Part shown: positions 35,763-45,072 of the stretch, piece by piece | How the letters are laid out: each line of letters begins with the position of its first letter | How positions within the stretch are numbered: the stretch's first letter is position 1 | Origin: an uncultured Thermoleophilia bacterium | GTDB taxonomy: Bacteria > Actinomycetota > Thermoleophilia > UBA2241 | Direction: 5' to 3' | Assembly: GCA_964519555.1 (NCBI GenBank) | Contig: CAZFJE010000001.1 | Span: forward strand, 3,654 to 67,653 | DNA: 64,000 nucleotides | The notes under the pieces: model-generated | The model's input: the letters and a program-made list of their open reading frames with translations, nothing else | Database searches by the model: none | What the model was told of the DNA's origin: nothing | Made by a program: the position numbers and the translations under genes

Positions 35763-37004
35763 ATGACTGCAGACCGCGAGACGCCGCATCTCTTGCCCGC
35801 ACGCGCACGCCGTGCGCTGCGGACCCCCGTGTCTGCGAGCACACGCCTCGTGTCGTCGCCGGCGCGGCGCTGGTGCGTGGGCGTGGTGGCCGTCGCCGCG
35901 CTGGCCGCCCTGCTCGCGGCGCACGCCGACCTGGCGCGCATGAGCCGCTCGTTCCTGCAAGCCGACTGGCGCTGGCTGGCCGCCGCGCTTGGCCTGATGC
36001 TCGCCTCGCTTCTGCTCAGGAGCGTAGCCCTGAAGGTGATCGTCGACGCCCTGAGCGGCGTGTGCGCGCGCATCGGCGACACGTTCTCGGCGACCAGCAT
36101 CGGTCTGCTGGCCAACTCGGTCGTCCCCATCCGCGTGGGCACGGTGCTCAGCCCCTACGCGCTCTATGTGCTGTTGCGCCGCCGCGGCGCGACGGTACCC
36201 TTCGCCACCGCGCTGGGCATGGCGCTGACCGAACGGCTCTTCGCCGTAGCGACCTTCGTCGTGCTGGCGCTGACGTTCGTCTCGGCGCTCTCGGCGCCGC
36301 CCTGGGCGGTCGAGGTCCTGACGGCGAGCGCCGTCTTCGCCGCCACGTTCATCGTGGGCGGCATCGTGCTCGAGCGGCGCCGCCGCAGCAGCGTCGCGCG
36401 CGGCGCCGACGGCGGCCGGGCGCCGGGCGCCGGGCAGGGCGCCGCCGAGGCAAAGCGCGACGACGCCTCCGGCGCCGCGCCCGACGGCGCGGCCGCCGAC
36501 GGCGCCCGCGACACCCGGCGCGACAGGCTGCGCCGGCAATGGCCCGCGCTGCTCGACAGCCAGCGCATCATGGGCAAGCCGTGGTCGGCCCTGCTGGTCA
36601 CGACCGTACAGACCGTCGCCTGGCTGGTCCAGCTCGGCGCGGCCTGGGCCGCACTACAGGCGTTCCACCTGGGCGGCGCGGGCCTGCGCGGCGCGGGCCT
36701 GGTGCTGATCCTCACCAACCTCATCGGCCTGGTGCCGCTCACCCCCGGCAACGTGGGCACGTTCCAAGCTGCCGCCCTCGCAGCGCTCGCCGTCTCGGGC
36801 GTGGGCGCCGGACCGGCGATCGCTTACGCTCTGGGCCTGCAGGCCATGCAGCTCGTGGTCGGCGCCATCGCAGGGCTGGTCTCGCTCAGCCTGCAGGACC
36901 TCACCCTCGCCGACCTGCGCGGCAAGAGCCGCCAGGCCGCCGCGCTGCTCTGTCACGGCGACCAGGTGACGACTCCGCGGGTGGAACAGCCGGTCCGCCC
37001 GTAA
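35763..37004 (+). CDS. Flippase-like membrane protein (UPF0104 / lysyl-PG synthase TM-region family)
   Basis: Eight or more TM helices, with WRWLAAALGLMLASLLLRSVALKVIV and LANSVVPIRVGTVLSPY. An Arg/Ala/Gly-rich insert lies mid-protein. The start is ATG 35763. Confidence 0.7.
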   Translation: MTADRETPHLLPARARRALRTPVSASTRLVSSPARRWCVGVVAVAALAALLAAHADLARMSRSFLQADWRWLAAALGLMLASLLLRSVALKVIVDALSGVCARIGDTFSATSIGLLANSVVPIRVGTVLSPYALYVLLRRRGATVPFATALGMALTERLFAVATFVVLALTFVSALSAPPWAVEVLTASAVFAATFIVGGIVLERRRRSSVARGADGGRAPGAGQGAAEAKRDDASGAAPDGAAADGARDTRRDRLRRQWPALLDSQRIMGKPWSALLVTTVQTVAWLVQLGAAWAALQAFHLGGAGLRGAGLVLILTNLIGLVPLTPGNVGTFQAAALAALAVSGVGAGPAIAYALGLQAMQLVVGAIAGLVSLSLQDLTLADLRGKSRQAAALLCHGDQVTTPRVEQPVRP

Positions 37005-37111
37005 CACGCCGACTTAAAGGACGCCGAAGACTCGCGACGCTTGCGCTCCGTGCCCGTAGCGCTCACCATCATGGGGAGCCAAGTGAGAGACCCGCGACAC
37101 CAAGGAGTGCC

Positions 37112-37441
37112 ATGCCATTCACAGCCGCGTTCATCGCCCACGCCCCCGACGCCGACCCCGCGCGCGACCGGTCGCTCATCGAGACCGGTCTCTATCGCCT
37201 CTTCAGCGTCGTCGTGCGCGACACAGACCAGGCCGTCGCCGTCTGCCGCGAGCTTGTGGCAAACGAGGGCCTGCAGTCGGTCCTGCTCTGCCCCGGAAAC
37301 AGCCACGAAGACGTCGCGCAGATGTGCGCCGCGCTGGGCGACGACGTCTCGGTCTCCGTGGCCCGCGGCGACAGCCGCAGCATGCGCGTAGGCGCCCAGG
37401 CCATGGAAGCGACGGGCTGGTTCGCAGCGACACCCAGGTAG
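37112..37441 (+). CDS. Small conserved hypothetical protein (possibly DUF6506)
   Basis: 109 aa, MPFTAAFIAHAPDADPARDRSLIETGLYRLFSVVVRDTDQAVAVCRELVANEGLQSVLLCPG. AAGGAG lies 4 nt upstream of ATG 37112. The family call is from memory only. Confidence 0.55.
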   Translation: MPFTAAFIAHAPDADPARDRSLIETGLYRLFSVVVRDTDQAVAVCRELVANEGLQSVLLCPGNSHEDVAQMCAALGDDVSVSVARGDSRSMRVGAQAMEATGWFAATPR

Positions 37442-37498
37442 TCCCTTTCCGGCGAGAGACGTGCCCCCGCTCCGATCCCGGCAGTCGCCGACCACGCG

Positions 37499-38431
37499 CT
37501 ACCGCAGCACGTGGTCGGCCAGGTCGAGCACACGCCGGGGCAGCGTCGCGAAACCCTCGACGTGCACCAGGCGGCCGCCGCCGGCCCGCGCCACGTCCGC
37601 GCCGATCGAGCGCTTAGGGGCGATCCAGACACCCGAGCGGCTCGTGCCGCGCGCGGTCGAGGGGCGGACGCCGCGCGCGCCAAAGCGGCCCGCCGCCGCC
37701 TTGTCCGGCGCGCGACCCGCGACGGCGACGGGCCGCGCGCCGTCGAGCGGTCCCTCGTGCGTCAGCAGCACGTGGAGCGCGCCGAAACGCGCCGCCGCCG
37801 CACGGGGATCGACGCCGGCCGTGTAGAGCCCGTCGCTCACGAGCACGGCGCTGCACCGGGGGTTACGGCCGCGCTCGAGCTCGGCGTGTCCCAGGGCGAG
37901 GGCGGCCGCGACGTTGGTCGTGCCGCCGCACGGCGTCGCCAGCATGCGGCGCACGAGCTCCGCCACGGCCACCTCCTCGTGCAGACGCGCCACCGCGCGG
38001 GCCTCGTCGGCGAAGAGCACCACGGCAAGATCGCCGGGGCGCAGATTGAGCGCCAGCACGGCGGCGGCCACCGCGGCCAGCGCCATCTTCTCGCCGGCCA
38101 TGCTGAGCGACGTGTCGATCATGAGCACCACCTGATGGCGGCGTTCCTCGCGGCGTTGCACGATCAGATCGCCGGGCAGCGCGAACGGCTTGCCGAGCAC
38201 GTTGCCCAACGTCGCCTCGATGTCGAGCTCGCCGTCGTAGGGTTCGCGCAGGGGCTCCCGGACAGTGCGCGTGGCGCCGCGCAGGGGGCCGACCAGCCGG
38301 CTGGCGCGCTGCAGCACGGCGCTCGCCGCCAGGCGTTCGGCGTAGAGACGCAAGCCCGGCTCGCCGATGCCGGCGGCGCTGCGCGTGAGCTCGGCTGCCA
38401 CCGCCCAGCCGTCGAGATCGGGCGGCGCCAC
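37499..38431 (-). CDS. VWA-domain protein (CoxE/NorD-like partner of the AAA+ ATPase)
   Basis: The MIDAS motif is MIDTSLSM (DxSxS). GELDIEATLGNVLGKPF lies upstream of the VWA core, and VLVSDGLYTAG downstream. Confidence 0.8.
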   Translation of the reverse strand: MAPPDLDGWAVAAELTRSAAGIGEPGLRLYAERLAASAVLQRASRLVGPLRGATRTVREPLREPYDGELDIEATLGNVLGKPFALPGDLIVQRREERRHQVVLMIDTSLSMAGEKMALAAVAAAVLALNLRPGDLAVVLFADEARAVARLHEEVAVAELVRRMLATPCGGTTNVAAALALGHAELERGRNPRCSAVLVSDGLYTAGVDPRAAAARFGALHVLLTHEGPLDGARPVAVAGRAPDKAAAGRFGARGVRPSTARGTSRSGVWIAPKRSIGADVARAGGGRLVHVEGFATLPRRVLDLADHVLR

Positions 38432-38553
38432 ACCAAGACGCGCGGCCAGCGCGGCGCGCTGCCGGGTGGCGTTGGGCGGGGATGGCGCCTGCGGCGCCGG
38501 TTCCCGTGGCGCGCGAGCCGGCGGATCTTGGCGGCGCGCCCCGCCGGAGGCGC

Positions 38554-39426
38554 TCAGGCTTTTGGGGTCGGCCCGGGGACGGCGTCGGGGTCTTCACCCC
38601 GTGTGACGACCGCTGCGAAGAGCTCGTCGAGCGCCGCGGCGAAGTCGCCGTCGAGGTCGTCGCGCAGCTCGACGCGCGTGGCCAGCGCGGCCTCGGCGGC
38701 GCAGCGCAGGGCCGTGTCGCCCGCAAAGCCCGGCGCCAGCGCGACGGTCGCTATGGCGGCGCGCACCGAGGCCCCCTTGCGAAAACGCGGGTGGCTGCGC
38801 GTGGCCCGCGTGAGGCGCACCGCGCTGCGCACCAGCGCAGGGTCGGTGCAGCCCGTCGCCGCCGCCACGATGGCTTCTTCGTCGGCGGCAGACTGGTAGG
38901 GCAGCGCGAGGTGCTCGAAACGGTCGCGCAAGGCCTCGGAGAGGTGGCCCGTGGCCACGTACTCCACCGGGTTCTGGGTAGCGACCACCTGAAACCCGTC
39001 GGCGGCGTGCACGCAGCCGACGTGGGGCACCTGCAGCAGGCGTTCGTCGAGCGCCGGCAGCAGCACGTTCTGCACCGACTCGGGCATGCGGTTGAGCTCG
39101 TTGATGAACAGCACGGAGCCGTTGCGCATGGCCTCGACCAGCGGTCCGGCAAAGAACGACTGCTCGCCGTAGCCGAGCTTCAGTACGAGCGGCGGGTCGA
39201 ACCATCCGGTGAGCTTGCTCTCGGAGTAGCGGTCGTCGCCGTCGACGCGCACAGTGGCACGACCCAGGTGGGCGCAGACCGCCAGGGCGACCGTGGTCTT
39301 GCCCACCCCGACCGGACCTTCGAGCAGCAGGTGGCGCCCGACGCGCAGCACTGCCAGGGCGGTGGCCAGCTCGCGCTCGCGGCCGATGATGCCGTGTTCG
39401 CGCTGGATCGTGGCGATCGGGGTCAT
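38554..39426 (-). CDS. MoxR/CbbQ-like AAA+ ATPase (AAA_5)
   Basis: Motifs are LLLEGPVGVGKTT (Walker A), VLFINELNRMPESVQNVLLPALDE (Walker B/sensor) and VVATQNP. The start is ATG 39426 (MTPIATIQ). The upstream part of the listed ORF is junk. Confidence 0.85.
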   Translation of the reverse strand: MTPIATIQREHGIIGRERELATALAVLRVGRHLLLEGPVGVGKTTVALAVCAHLGRATVRVDGDDRYSESKLTGWFDPPLVLKLGYGEQSFFAGPLVEAMRNGSVLFINELNRMPESVQNVLLPALDERLLQVPHVGCVHAADGFQVVATQNPVEYVATGHLSEALRDRFEHLALPYQSAADEEAIVAAATGCTDPALVRSAVRLTRATRSHPRFRKGASVRAAIATVALAPGFAGDTALRCAAEAALATRVELRDDLDGDFAAALDELFAAVVTRGEDPDAVPGPTPKA

Positions 39427-39439
39427 GCGCGGCGCGCTC

Positions 39440-40033
39440 CTAATCGACCAGCACGAGCGCGAAGAGGTGGTAAGGATCGTCGGGCGCGCGCACGACATCG
39501 AGCGTCCAGCCGGCGTTGGCGGCGGTGGCGAAGACGTCGATGCCGCAGCCCGCCGGTCCCGGCCTGACGAGCGCGCGTACGTCGCAGTGTTCGGGCCGGC
39601 CGCAGGGCTCGGCCAGGTCGCACGGCCGGCCGCCGGCGATGGCGAAGGCGCGATAGCGACCGGCCAGGAACAGCTCGCGCTCCAGGTCGAGGGCGATGCC
39701 GGCCAGGCGGCGGCTCCAGGCGAGCCACTCGCCGGCCTGGGCCGGCGCCACATCGAGGCGCAGGAGGATGACGGTGCGGTACTCGTCGAGCAGCACGCGC
39801 ATGCGGGCGGGCTCGGGCGAGTGGGGCGGGCAGGTGAGGCAGCGCCCCGCGGTGCAGCCGCCGTACAGGCACTTCATGCGCACCCATTCAGCGGTGACGA
39901 CCGCCGACCCCGCGAGCGGCGCGGCGTCGCTCGCACCCAAGCCGAGCGCTCGTGCGCGCAGCGCTGGGGCGTCGCCGGGAGTATCGCCGACAAGCGGTGG
40001 GCGCCCGGGCTTCGCGCTTAGGTCACTCGCCAT
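39440..40033 (-). CDS. DUF2284-like predicted metal-binding (Cys-rich) protein
   Basis: WVRMKCLYGGCTAGRCLTCPPHSP and RPCDLAEPCGRPEHCDVRALVRPGPAGCGIDVFAT match the two Cys clusters of DUF2284 as I recall them. The start is ATG 40033. Confidence 0.65.
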   Translation of the reverse strand: MASDLSAKPGRPPLVGDTPGDAPALRARALGLGASDAAPLAGSAVVTAEWVRMKCLYGGCTAGRCLTCPPHSPEPARMRVLLDEYRTVILLRLDVAPAQAGEWLAWSRRLAGIALDLERELFLAGRYRAFAIAGGRPCDLAEPCGRPEHCDVRALVRPGPAGCGIDVFATAANAGWTLDVVRAPDDPYHLFALVLVD

Positions 40034-40200
40034 GTGCCCTCCGATCCGCGGCCCGCCGACCTGCCCGGCGCGGCCAAACACACACTGCACATCATCATCG
40101 CACACATTCGCACAATGGCGCTTCCTTGTCATGCTATGCGAGTCGCCGACCGATATCACACGCGTCACTGCGGCGTACTATCAGACGAAAGGGGAATCGC

Positions 40201-41667
40201 GTGTCGGCAGACGCAGGGGGACGCACGCCGAGCGGCTTGCCACTCGCGCCGTTCAGACACGGCGAGCCGACCGCGATGGCGCTGCTCGACATCGAGCGCG
40301 GCCTCGGCGCCACGGTACCGCCGACCGGCGCCGCCGACGAACCCTGCCGCGACACCCTGCTCCTGGTGCGGTTCGACGGACAGCCGCTCGACGTCGTCTA
40401 CCTCGATCGCCCCCCCGACCAACTGCCTCGCGCCGAGCTGTGCGAGCTCCTCTGGTCGCGTCTTGCCGGCACGCTCCGCGAGCACGTCGCCCGAACCGGC
40501 TGCACGCCGCCGCCCACCGGCGCCGCCGACATCGCCCGCTGGGACGACGACGCGGTCGACCGGGCGACTCCCGGCGCGGCGGCGGCGACTCCCGGCGCGG
40601 CGGCGGCGACTCCCGGCGCGGCGACGGCTCCCGGCGCAGTGACCAGCGCGACCGCCTGTGCCGCGGGCGACGCCTCTTCCCCGCCCGACGCGATCGCCGT
40701 CATCGTGCCGACCGGCGGCCGCCCTGCCCAGCTGCGCCGCTGTCTCGCGGCGCTCGCCGAGCAGTCGGGGCCGCCCTGCGAGATCGTGGTCGTCGACAAC
40801 CGGCCCGACCTGTACGAGACCAGGCTCGTCGTCGAGGCCGCAGCGGCGTGCTCGCGGCACCAGATGCGCTATGTCGCCGAGCCGCGTCCGGGCAGCTCGG
40901 TGGCGCGCAATCGCGGGGTGGCGCGGACCACGGCCGGCATCGTGGCCTTCACCGACGATGACGTCGTCGTGGAGCGCGACTGGCTGCGCCTGCTGGTGGC
41001 GCCCTTCGCCCGCGCCGAGGTCGGCGCCACGACCGGCCTCGTGCTGCCGCTCGAGCTCGCGACGCCGGCCCAGAAGCGCTTCGAGCAGTACGGCGGCTTC
41101 GCCAAGGGCCTGCGGCGCTGCGAGTTCGACCTGCACTGCAACCGCGCCGACCATCGCCTGCTCTACCCCTTCTGGGGCGGCGTGTTCGGGTCCGGCAACA
41201 GCATGGCGTTCCGGCGCGAGGCGCTCATCGCGGCGCACGGCTTCGACCCGGCGCTCGGCGCCGGCAGCCGCGCCCTCGCCGGCGCCGACATCGACGCGTT
41301 GAGTGCGGTCGTTCTGCACGGCGGGCGCCTGGTCTACGAGCCCCGGTCGCTCTGCTGGCACGAGCATCGCCGCGACGACGAAGCCCTGCGACGCCAAGTC
41401 TTCAACTACGGCGTGGGCTTCACCGCGATCCTCACCAAGGCGCTCCTGCACGACCGGCGCTTCGCTGCCGCGGCGGCGCGCTCGGTGCCGGTGGCCTGGA
41501 GCCTCCGTCGAGCGCGCTCGGCATCCGGTCGTGATCTCGCGGCGACCACCACGCCGGAGCTCGCGCGTCTGGAGCGTCGCGGCATGCTGCGTGGACCGAC
41601 CCGCTATGTCGACAGCGTGGCGTGGTCTCATCGCCTGGGACTGCAGCGCGTCATCGACGGCGGCTAG
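40201..41667 (+). CDS. GT2 glycosyltransferase with a ~150-aa N-terminal extension (paralog of 43765..45072)
   Basis: Motifs are AVIVPTGGRPAQLRRCL, EIVVVDNRPD, PGSSVARNRG, AFTDDDVVVERDWL, GSGNSMAFRREAL and WHEHRRD. The start is GTG 40201, after AAAGGGGA. Confidence 0.85.
   Translation: MSADAGGRTPSGLPLAPFRHGEPTAMALLDIERGLGATVPPTGAADEPCRDTLLLVRFDGQPLDVVYLDRPPDQLPRAELCELLWSRLAGTLREHVARTGCTPPPTGAADIARWDDDAVDRATPGAAAATPGAAAATPGAATAPGAVTSATACAAGDASSPPDAIAVIVPTGGRPAQLRRCLAALAEQSGPPCEIVVVDNRPDLYETRLVVEAAAACSRHQMRYVAEPRPGSSVARNRGVARTTAGIVAFTDDDVVVERDWLRLLVAPFARAEVGATTGLVLPLELATPAQKRFEQYGGFAKGLRRCEFDLHCNRADHRLLYPFWGGVFGSGNSMAFRREALIAAHGFDPALGAGSRALAGADIDALSAVVLHGGRLVYEPRSLCWHEHRRDDEALRRQVFNYGVGFTAILTKALLHDRRFAAAAARSVPVAWSLRRARSASGRDLAATTTPELARLERRGMLRGPTRYVDSVAWSHRLGLQRVIDGG
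40566..40639 (+). repeat. In-frame 21-bp tandem repeat (3.5 copies) encoding (TPGAAAA)n
   Basis: gactcccggcgcggcggcggc occurs twice exactly, followed by gactcccggcgcggcgacggc and then the partial unit tcccggcgcag. It sits in the linker between the N-terminal extension and the GT2 domain. Confidence 0.9.
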
Positions 41668-41917
41668 CAGCGACAAAGCCGCTCCCGACCCCGTCTTGAG
41701 CACCAGAGACGGCGACCCGCGCCTCAGATGTATACAGCTCTGGTTACGCTCTTGGGCGCGTCTTGTACAAGGTTCACGCTCAAAACGCCGACAACGATGC
41801 GGAACGTCCGTGTTACCTAACTAAGACGCGTACTTCGAAAGGCGGGTCATCCGTGGTCGTCGCCCAAACACAGTCCACCGCCACAACGGCGTCTGCGTCA
41901 TCGCACAGGACGAAAAC

Positions 41918-42793
41918 GTGACCGCGGATCGCGCGGCGCTCGTCGACGCGAGGGCGCCCGAACACCTCGGCGCGGCCGCACGGCTCCCGGCGGTGCCACG
42001 CGTGAGCGTCGTCATTCCCGCTCGCAACGAGGCCCGGAACCTCGAGGCCCTGCTGCCTAGCCTGCCCCCGGGGCTCTTCGAGGTCGTCCTCGTCGACGGC
42101 GCCTCCGACGATGAGACGGTCGCGGTAGCCAGGCGCCTTCGTCCCGACGTGCGCGTCGTGAACCAGACGCGCACCGGCAAGGGCAACGCCCTGACTTGCG
42201 GCTTCGCCGCGTGCCGCGGCGACGTCATCGTCATGCTCGACGCCGACGGCTCGGCCGACCCCGCCGAGATCGCGCGCTTCGTCGAGGCCCTGGTCGCGGG
42301 CGCCGACTTCGCCAAAGGCAGCCGCGGCCTCGACGGCGGCGGCAGCGACGACATCACCCTGCTACGCTCCGCGGGCAACCGCTTTCTCGGCTTCGTCGTC
42401 AACGTCCTCTGCGGCAGCGACTACACCGACCTCTGCTACGGCTACAACGCATTCTGGGCGGCGAGCTGCCTGCCGGTGCTCGACCTCGACTGGGAGACGC
42501 CGGCCGAGCCCGGCGGCGGGCGCTGTCCATGGGGCGACGGGTTCGAGATCGAGACGCTGATCCACCTGCGGGTGGCCGAAGCCGGCCTTTCGGTGGTCGA
42601 GGTGCCGAGCCACGAACTGTCGCGCGTGCACGGCGTGAGCAACTTGAACGCGCCCCGCGACGGGCTGCGCGTGCTGTGGACCATCCTGGTCGAAGTGCGG
42701 CGGGGCCGCCATCTGCGCAAGCGCGAGACGCCGCGCGATGCGGCGGTCGCCGAGAGCGGCGCCCGGCTCCCAGTCTCGACCATCGTCGGGTGA
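41918..42793 (+). CDS. GT2 polyprenyl-phosphate sugar synthase-like transferase (Dpm1/Ppm1-like)
   Basis: Motifs are VSVVIPARNEARNLEALL, VVLVDGASDDET, TGKGNAL, VMLDADGSADP, AKGSR and GFEIETL. The start is GTG 41918, after a 250-bp low-GC spacer. Confidence 0.85.
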   Translation: MTADRAALVDARAPEHLGAAARLPAVPRVSVVIPARNEARNLEALLPSLPPGLFEVVLVDGASDDETVAVARRLRPDVRVVNQTRTGKGNALTCGFAACRGDVIVMLDADGSADPAEIARFVEALVAGADFAKGSRGLDGGGSDDITLLRSAGNRFLGFVVNVLCGSDYTDLCYGYNAFWAASCLPVLDLDWETPAEPGGGRCPWGDGFEIETLIHLRVAEAGLSVVEVPSHELSRVHGVSNLNAPRDGLRVLWTILVEVRRGRHLRKRETPRDAAVAESGARLPVSTIVG

Positions 42794-42800
42794 ACGGCCG

Positions 42801-43760
42801 TTGAGCTCGTCGACCGCCACGCTCACCACGGGCGTCGTGATCTGTGCGTACACCGAGGCGCGCTGGCCGCGGCTCGTGCAAGCCGTCGAGTCGGTGTGCG
42901 CCCAGAGTCATCCGGCCACCGAGGTCGTGCTGGTCGTCGACCACGATCGCGCGCTGCTCGAACGCGCCCGCGCCCGGTTCCCCCAGGTCCGCGTGGTCGC
43001 CAGCACGGGCGCGCCCGGCCTGTCGGGCGCGCGCAACACCGGAGTCCGCAACGCGGCCACCGACATCGTGGCCTTTCTCGACGACGACGCGAGCGCCGCC
43101 CCCGACTGGCTCCACGAGCTGCTCGTGCAGTTCGACGCGCCCGACGTGGCCGGCGTCGGCGGCGCGGCCGCGCCTTGCTGGCCGGCCGGCGCGCGACCGG
43201 CCTGGCTGCCCGAGGAGTTCGACTGGACGGTGGGCTGCAGCTACCGCGGCCTACCCGGCCACGGCGCCGCCCTGCGCAATCCGATCGGTGCCAACATGGC
43301 CTTCCGCCGCGACGACGTGCTTGCGGCCGGCGGCTTTCGCGAGGGTCTCGGACGCGTCGGCGCCAGCCCCGAAGGCGGCGAAGAGACCGAGCTTGCCATC
43401 CGCATCAGGCAGCGACGTCCAGCGACGCGGATCGTGCACTCGACGCGCGCCCGCGTGGTGCACACGGTCGCGCCCGGCCGCCTCAGCCGGCGCTACTTCC
43501 TGGCGCGCTGCTGGGCCGAAGGCCGATCGAAGGCCACGATCGAGGCCCGCGTCGGGCGCAGGGCCGCCCTCGCCAGCGAGCGCCGCTACATCGTGCACAC
43601 GCTGCCCGCCGGGCTCGCGCGCGGCCTGACCGACGCCTGCCGCGGGCAGGTCGCCGGCGGCCTCGGCCGGGCCGTCGCGATCGCACTCGGCCTGAGCGTG
43701 ACGATCGGCGGCTACCTGACGGCGCGAGGCAGCCACAGGGCCCACGCAGCCGTCGCCTGA
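42801..43760 (+). CDS. GT2 glycosyltransferase
   Basis: Motifs are VVICAYTEARWPRLVQAVESV, VVLVVDHD, PGLSGARNTG, AFLDDDASAAPDWL, GANMAFRRD and GGEETELAIR. The start is TTG 42801, 8 nt after the previous stop. Confidence 0.85.
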   Translation: MSSSTATLTTGVVICAYTEARWPRLVQAVESVCAQSHPATEVVLVVDHDRALLERARARFPQVRVVASTGAPGLSGARNTGVRNAATDIVAFLDDDASAAPDWLHELLVQFDAPDVAGVGGAAAPCWPAGARPAWLPEEFDWTVGCSYRGLPGHGAALRNPIGANMAFRRDDVLAAGGFREGLGRVGASPEGGEETELAIRIRQRRPATRIVHSTRARVVHTVAPGRLSRRYFLARCWAEGRSKATIEARVGRRAALASERRYIVHTLPAGLARGLTDACRGQVAGGLGRAVAIALGLSVTIGGYLTARGSHRAHAAVA

Positions 43761-43764
43761 GACC

Positions 43765-45072
43765 ATGTGGTTGCACCGACACAGTGCCCCTGCGCCGGTC
43801 CCGACCGCCGCACGCCGCATCTGGAGCGGCCTGGTCGACCTCGACGGCGACGACCTTCCCGCCGAACCGTTGCTCGCCACAAGCGGCGCCCCCTTCGACG
43901 ACGCCCGCCTGCTCGTGCGCGAGCTCGGCGAGCCCCTCGGCTTCGTGACGCTGCCGCTCACCGACGGCCGGCTCGACCCCACCCTCTTCCGCCAGTCGGT
44001 CGAGCGCACATGGGCCGCCGCGCCGCGCGCGCGGCTGCGGACCGCCGGCGCGTCGCTGCCGGTCGCTTCCCCGACAGGCGACGCTCGCGCTGCTATCGTG
44101 CCCTGGGTCGCCGCGACCCGCGCGACGCCCGTCAGCGTCGTGGTGTGCACCAGAGACCGAGCCGCGGCGCTGGCGCGCTGCCTCAAGGCGCTGCGCGCGG
44201 TCGAGCACGATGCCCTCGAGATCGTCGTGGTCGACAGCGCCCCCACAGGCGACGACGCGGCGCACCTGGTGGCCGACCTGCAACGAAGAGACCGACGGCT
44301 GCGCTACCTGCGCGAAGACCGGCCCGGGCTGTCGCGCGCCCGCAACCGCGGCGCACGTGAGACCACCGCCGAGCTACTCGCCTTCACCGACGACGACGTG
44401 CGCGTCGACCCCCTCTGGGTGGCAGCCCTGGTGCGCGGCTTTCAGTGCCGGCCCGACGTGGGCTGCGTCACGGGCCTCGTGGCGAGCGCCTCGCTCGAGC
44501 TGCCCGGCGCCCAATACTTCGACGCCCGGGTCTCGTGGGCGGCAAGCTGCGAGCAACGACTTTTCGACGCCGCCCGCGGCCCGCGCGACTCGCGCCTGCA
44601 CCCGTACGGCGCGGGTGCGTTCGGCACAGGCGCCACGATGGCGTTCCGGGCGGCAGCGCTGCGCGAGATCGGCGGCTTCGACGAGAGGCTGGGCGCCGGC
44701 TCACCGGCGGGCGGCGGCGAAGACCTCGATGCGTTCGTGCGGGTGCTGCTCGCCGGTTATCGCCTGAGCTACGAGCCGGCCGCGTTGGCCTGGCACGAAC
44801 ACCGCGTCACCCAAGCCGACCTCGGCCGCCAGATGTATGCCTACGGCAAGGGCCTGTCGGCCTACTGGTTCAAGCACCTGGTCGCGCCCCGCTCGCGGCG
44901 CCAGGTGGCGGCTCGCCTGCTCGCCGCCGCCGCCCGGCTCGCCCTCCTGGCGCGCCGCTCGCGGGTGGCCGCCGATCAGGCCGCGGTGAGCCGCTTTGTG
45001 CCGGCCTGCGAGCTCGGCGGCCTGCTCGTTGGCCCGTTTGCCTACCTGCGCGGCCGGCGGACCGCCGCATGA
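43765..45072 (+). CDS. GT2 glycosyltransferase with an N-terminal extension (paralog of 40201..41667)
   Basis: Motifs are VSVVVCTRDRAAALARCL, EIVVVDSAPT, PGLSRARNRG, AFTDDDVRVDPLWV, GTGATMAFRAAAL and WHEHRVT. The N-terminal LLVRELGEPLGFVTLPL parallels LLVRFDGQPLDVVYLDR in the paralog. Confidence 0.85.
   Translation: MWLHRHSAPAPVPTAARRIWSGLVDLDGDDLPAEPLLATSGAPFDDARLLVRELGEPLGFVTLPLTDGRLDPTLFRQSVERTWAAAPRARLRTAGASLPVASPTGDARAAIVPWVAATRATPVSVVVCTRDRAAALARCLKALRAVEHDALEIVVVDSAPTGDDAAHLVADLQRRDRRLRYLREDRPGLSRARNRGARETTAELLAFTDDDVRVDPLWVAALVRGFQCRPDVGCVTGLVASASLELPGAQYFDARVSWAASCEQRLFDAARGPRDSRLHPYGAGAFGTGATMAFRAAALREIGGFDERLGAGSPAGGGEDLDAFVRVLLAGYRLSYEPAALAWHEHRVTQADLGRQMYAYGKGLSAYWFKHLVAPRSRRQVAARLLAAAARLALLARRSRVAADQAAVSRFVPACELGGLLVGPFAYLRGRRTAA

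Noticed and set aside
44445-45068. The N-terminal 208 codons of listed ORF 44445..47483, considered as part of the zinc-finger membrane protein.
   Set aside because: That stretch is off-frame overlap with the well-supported GT2 gene 43765..45072 and is Arg/Pro-rich. The ATG at 45069, with its ATGA coupling, is the sensible start.
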